33,930 bases of DNA from an uncultured virus (IMG/VR IMGVR_UViG_3300049043_000106) (taxonomy: Duplodnaviria; Heunggongvirae; Uroviricota; Caudoviricetes): IMG/VR virus record IMGVR_UViG_3300049043_000106; one strand, given 5' to 3'. The notes under the pieces are model-generated. The model had not been told where the DNA came from, did no database searches, and saw only the letters and a program-made list of their open reading frames with translations. This document shows, in pieces, positions 31,627 to 33,930 of this stretch; positions within the stretch are counted from its first letter, which is position 1, and each line of letters opens with the position of its first letter. Made by a program: the position numbers and the translations under genes.

Positions 31627-33900
31627 TGGCGAACGTATCAATCCCTGACTCGCCCTCAGCCACGATATCGCTTGATGGCAACGAACTGCTCCGAGATCGT
31701 TCAGAACGGCACATCGAAGCGTGTAAGGAACTGCCGATCAGATTGCCGCTCTCGCCGAGAAACACGCGCACGGGCGCTGGTCACCGAGATCAACAGCGCG
31801 GGCGCTCTCGCTACGGGCGGCCCGATCAACGAACGAGCGGAAACTATCACCCTGCCGTCGAATGCCGTCACCAACCAGTATCTGGCGCCCCATGGAACGC
31901 TCGCAGCGGATCAAGGCGAACGTCTCTGGGGGTGTCGACGAAGTCGCCAGCGACGTCACCGCATCAGATCCTCGACACGTTCAGCACGGCCGCCGCGGCC
32001 ATGCTGTACCGCGGCGCGACTGAGTGGCAGGCGACGGGCGCCGGCGCGAACGGCAACTACCTGAAGATCAACAACAGCATTCCAGAATGGGTGCCCTTGT
32101 CGATCGGTCCCGGGGATCCGACAAGCCCACTGGCGTGACCATCGGCACGTACGGGTCGGCGTCGCAGGTGGCGCAGTTCACGGCGAACGCCGCCTCGCGG
32201 GCAGTCGACCTCGGCGGCCACGGTGGCGATTTCGGTGCCGGCCGGGCAAGTCTCCGGGCTTGGAACGATTGCCACGCAGAACGCGAACAACGTCACGATC
32301 ACCGGGCGGCACGATCAACGGCACATCGATCGGAGGTTCCACCCCCGGCAGCGGCGCTTTTCACGACGCTGAGCGCGAGCAGCAACAGCATCGACCTCAA
32401 CATCGTCACGTTCGGGAGCGTGGCAAGGCTCTGCAGTCGGCCTGACCTCACGGCCGGCACGGGCGCCAGCAGCGCGCCTGCAGCGCGAACCAACCTCGGC
32501 GCCGCGGCAAGCGGGGCCAACAGCGACATCACCAGCCTGTCTGGCCTGACGTCGGCCCTGGTCGGCGACGCAGGGCCGGCGCCGCTTCGGAGACGGTCAG
32601 GCGGCGAACAACTCCTGGACGCCCTGTAGGTCCAGTTCGCTGTCCCGGCTCTGGAGACGTGGCAACTGGGAAACGTCCTGCTCCGGCCGCGGTAGGCGTT
32701 GCGCCGGCGTATGGGAAGGTAGGCCTGACTGACTCAGCGTCTCCGGCACCCTGCCTGTCGGCAGCGGCGGCACCGGGGCAACGACCCTGACAGGCTACGT
32801 CAAGGGCAACGGGCACACGTCGGCATTCAGCGGCCGCCGCCACAATCCCGAACGCCGACCTGCAGATACAGCAGCATCACGATCGGGGTCGACATCGGGT
32901 CGTCGCTCTGGGAGGTCTCTACGACGACTCTGGGGGGGGCTGACGAGACGTCACCCTGACCCAAGACCCCTCGAGCGCCCTGCAAGCCTCCACGAAGCAA
33001 TACGTCGACACTCAGGTGGCGGCGTACTGAAAGCGTCACCTACCACACGCAGGCCATCGCGGCGACGACCGGCGCGCTCGACGGCGAACTACAGCAACGG
33101 CACCTGGGCGGCGTCGCGCGCCACGCTGACGAAGAGCGGCGCCCTCGCTCGAGTTCCAGATCGACAACGTCACGCCGGCCGCCTCCGCCCGCGTCCTCAT
33201 CAAGGATCAGGCCAGCCCGGCTCAGAACGGCATCGACGTCGTCACCACGCAAGGTAGCGGGTGCGGTCCGCGTGGGCGCCGAACTCCTCGAGCCTCTGAC
33301 TTCGACACTGTCGGATTCAGGGTGCCGAACGCCATTCCAGACCGGCGCGTCCGGGTTCGCTTCCAGAACGGCGACACGCTGGATCGACCAGTCCGGGTGA
33401 TGAGGACGTAGTGGGCAGCAGCATCACTGTCGGCTCTACCGCCATCAACTGGGCGCAGTCATCGGCGGCTGGCAACATTCTGGTCAATTCGCCCCTCAGC
33501 AAGGCCGGCAACACGATCAGCCTCGGCACCGCGCCGGGAACGAACGGCGGCACGGGGTCGACGTCCGACCTGACCGGCGACTTGCTGTACGCCAGCAGCG
33601 CCTGATCCTCGCGAGGCTTGCCGGCGTTTCAACTGGCAAAACGATCTTGCGCTCTCGCGGGCGCGGGCGTCGCGCCGGCATGGGGCAAGGTCGACCTCAC
33701 CACCGACATAGCCGGCAGTCCTGCCTGTCGGCGAACGGTGGACCCGGACGTCGACGGCATTCAGCCAGAAGCACTCCGCGCCGTTTGCAGGTGCCTCTGG
33801 CGCTGACTCGCAGAACAACTCGTCGTTCTTCTGGAACAACACCAACGGGTTCCTCCGGGCCTTGGCACGGGCATCGCCGGTATCTCGACTGACGATTGTA
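31626..33900 (+). CDS. Tail fibre protein (very noisy, truncated by the read end)
   Basis: MANVSIP; GVT.GTYGSASQVAQFT; GLGTIATQNANNVTITG; AARTNLGAAASGANSDITSLSGLT; ASTKQYVD; RVLIKDQ...QNGI. Confidence 0.75.
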
Positions 33901-33920
33901 AGCAATACGTAACTGAACGA
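33901..33920 (+). other. Oxford Nanopore ligation adapter (technical sequence)
   Basis: AGCAATACGTAACTGAACGA is the reverse complement of adapter TCGTTCAGTTACGTATTGCT and sits at the window end. Confidence 0.95.
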
Positions 33921-33930
33921 GGACCACAAA

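Larger units (their letters stand above)
7490..33900 (+). mobile_element. Tailed dsDNA phage genome fragment (podovirus-like morphogenesis module; host probably a proteobacterium)
   Basis: Order terS-terL-portal-GroES-scaffold-capsid-adaptor-fibre, Shine-Dalgarno sites and sigma70 promoters. No integrase or tape-measure gene in view. The host assignment is an inference from GC content and promoter style. Confidence 0.95.

Noticed and set aside
7490..33900. Decayed prophage, mass pseudogenisation or programmed frameshifting
   Set aside because: Breaks are scattered 1-2 nt indels in all genes, worse toward the read end, while conserved motifs stay intact and an ONT adapter is present. This fits sequencing error.

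Overview
The window looks like a raw Oxford Nanopore read. It ends in the ligation-adapter sequence AGCAATACGTAACTGAACGA (33901-33920), and nearly every gene is broken by 1-2 nt indels, so the ORF track is fragmented and most CDS coordinates are approximate. It has two unrelated parts. (1) 1 to ~7490 is eukaryotic Ty3/Gypsy LTR-retrotransposon DNA: a minus-strand gag-PR-RT-RNaseH fragment, then a second plus-strand element. The second element has a 280-bp TGTCA...TGACA LTR, a PBS, gag and protease, plus a Dam-like DNA adenine methyltransferase domain (FTLEACAD...NPPF) between gag and protease. (2) ~7490-33900 is a GC-rich tailed phage: divergent small early genes, then terS, terL, portal, a ~1400-aa polyvalent protein, GroES-like protein, scaffold, minor and major capsid, adaptor and tail proteins. 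The most interesting signals are (a) a non-coding module at 9629-10210 made of a ~400-nt structured minus-strand RNA, a G-tract and seven phased DnaA boxes at a GC-skew switch (candidate RNA-primed origin), (b) the methyltransferase-carrying Gypsy element, and (c) a [KR]xxGGxV motif at each domain boundary of the polyvalent protein. The Gypsy-phage junction is most likely a read chimera.
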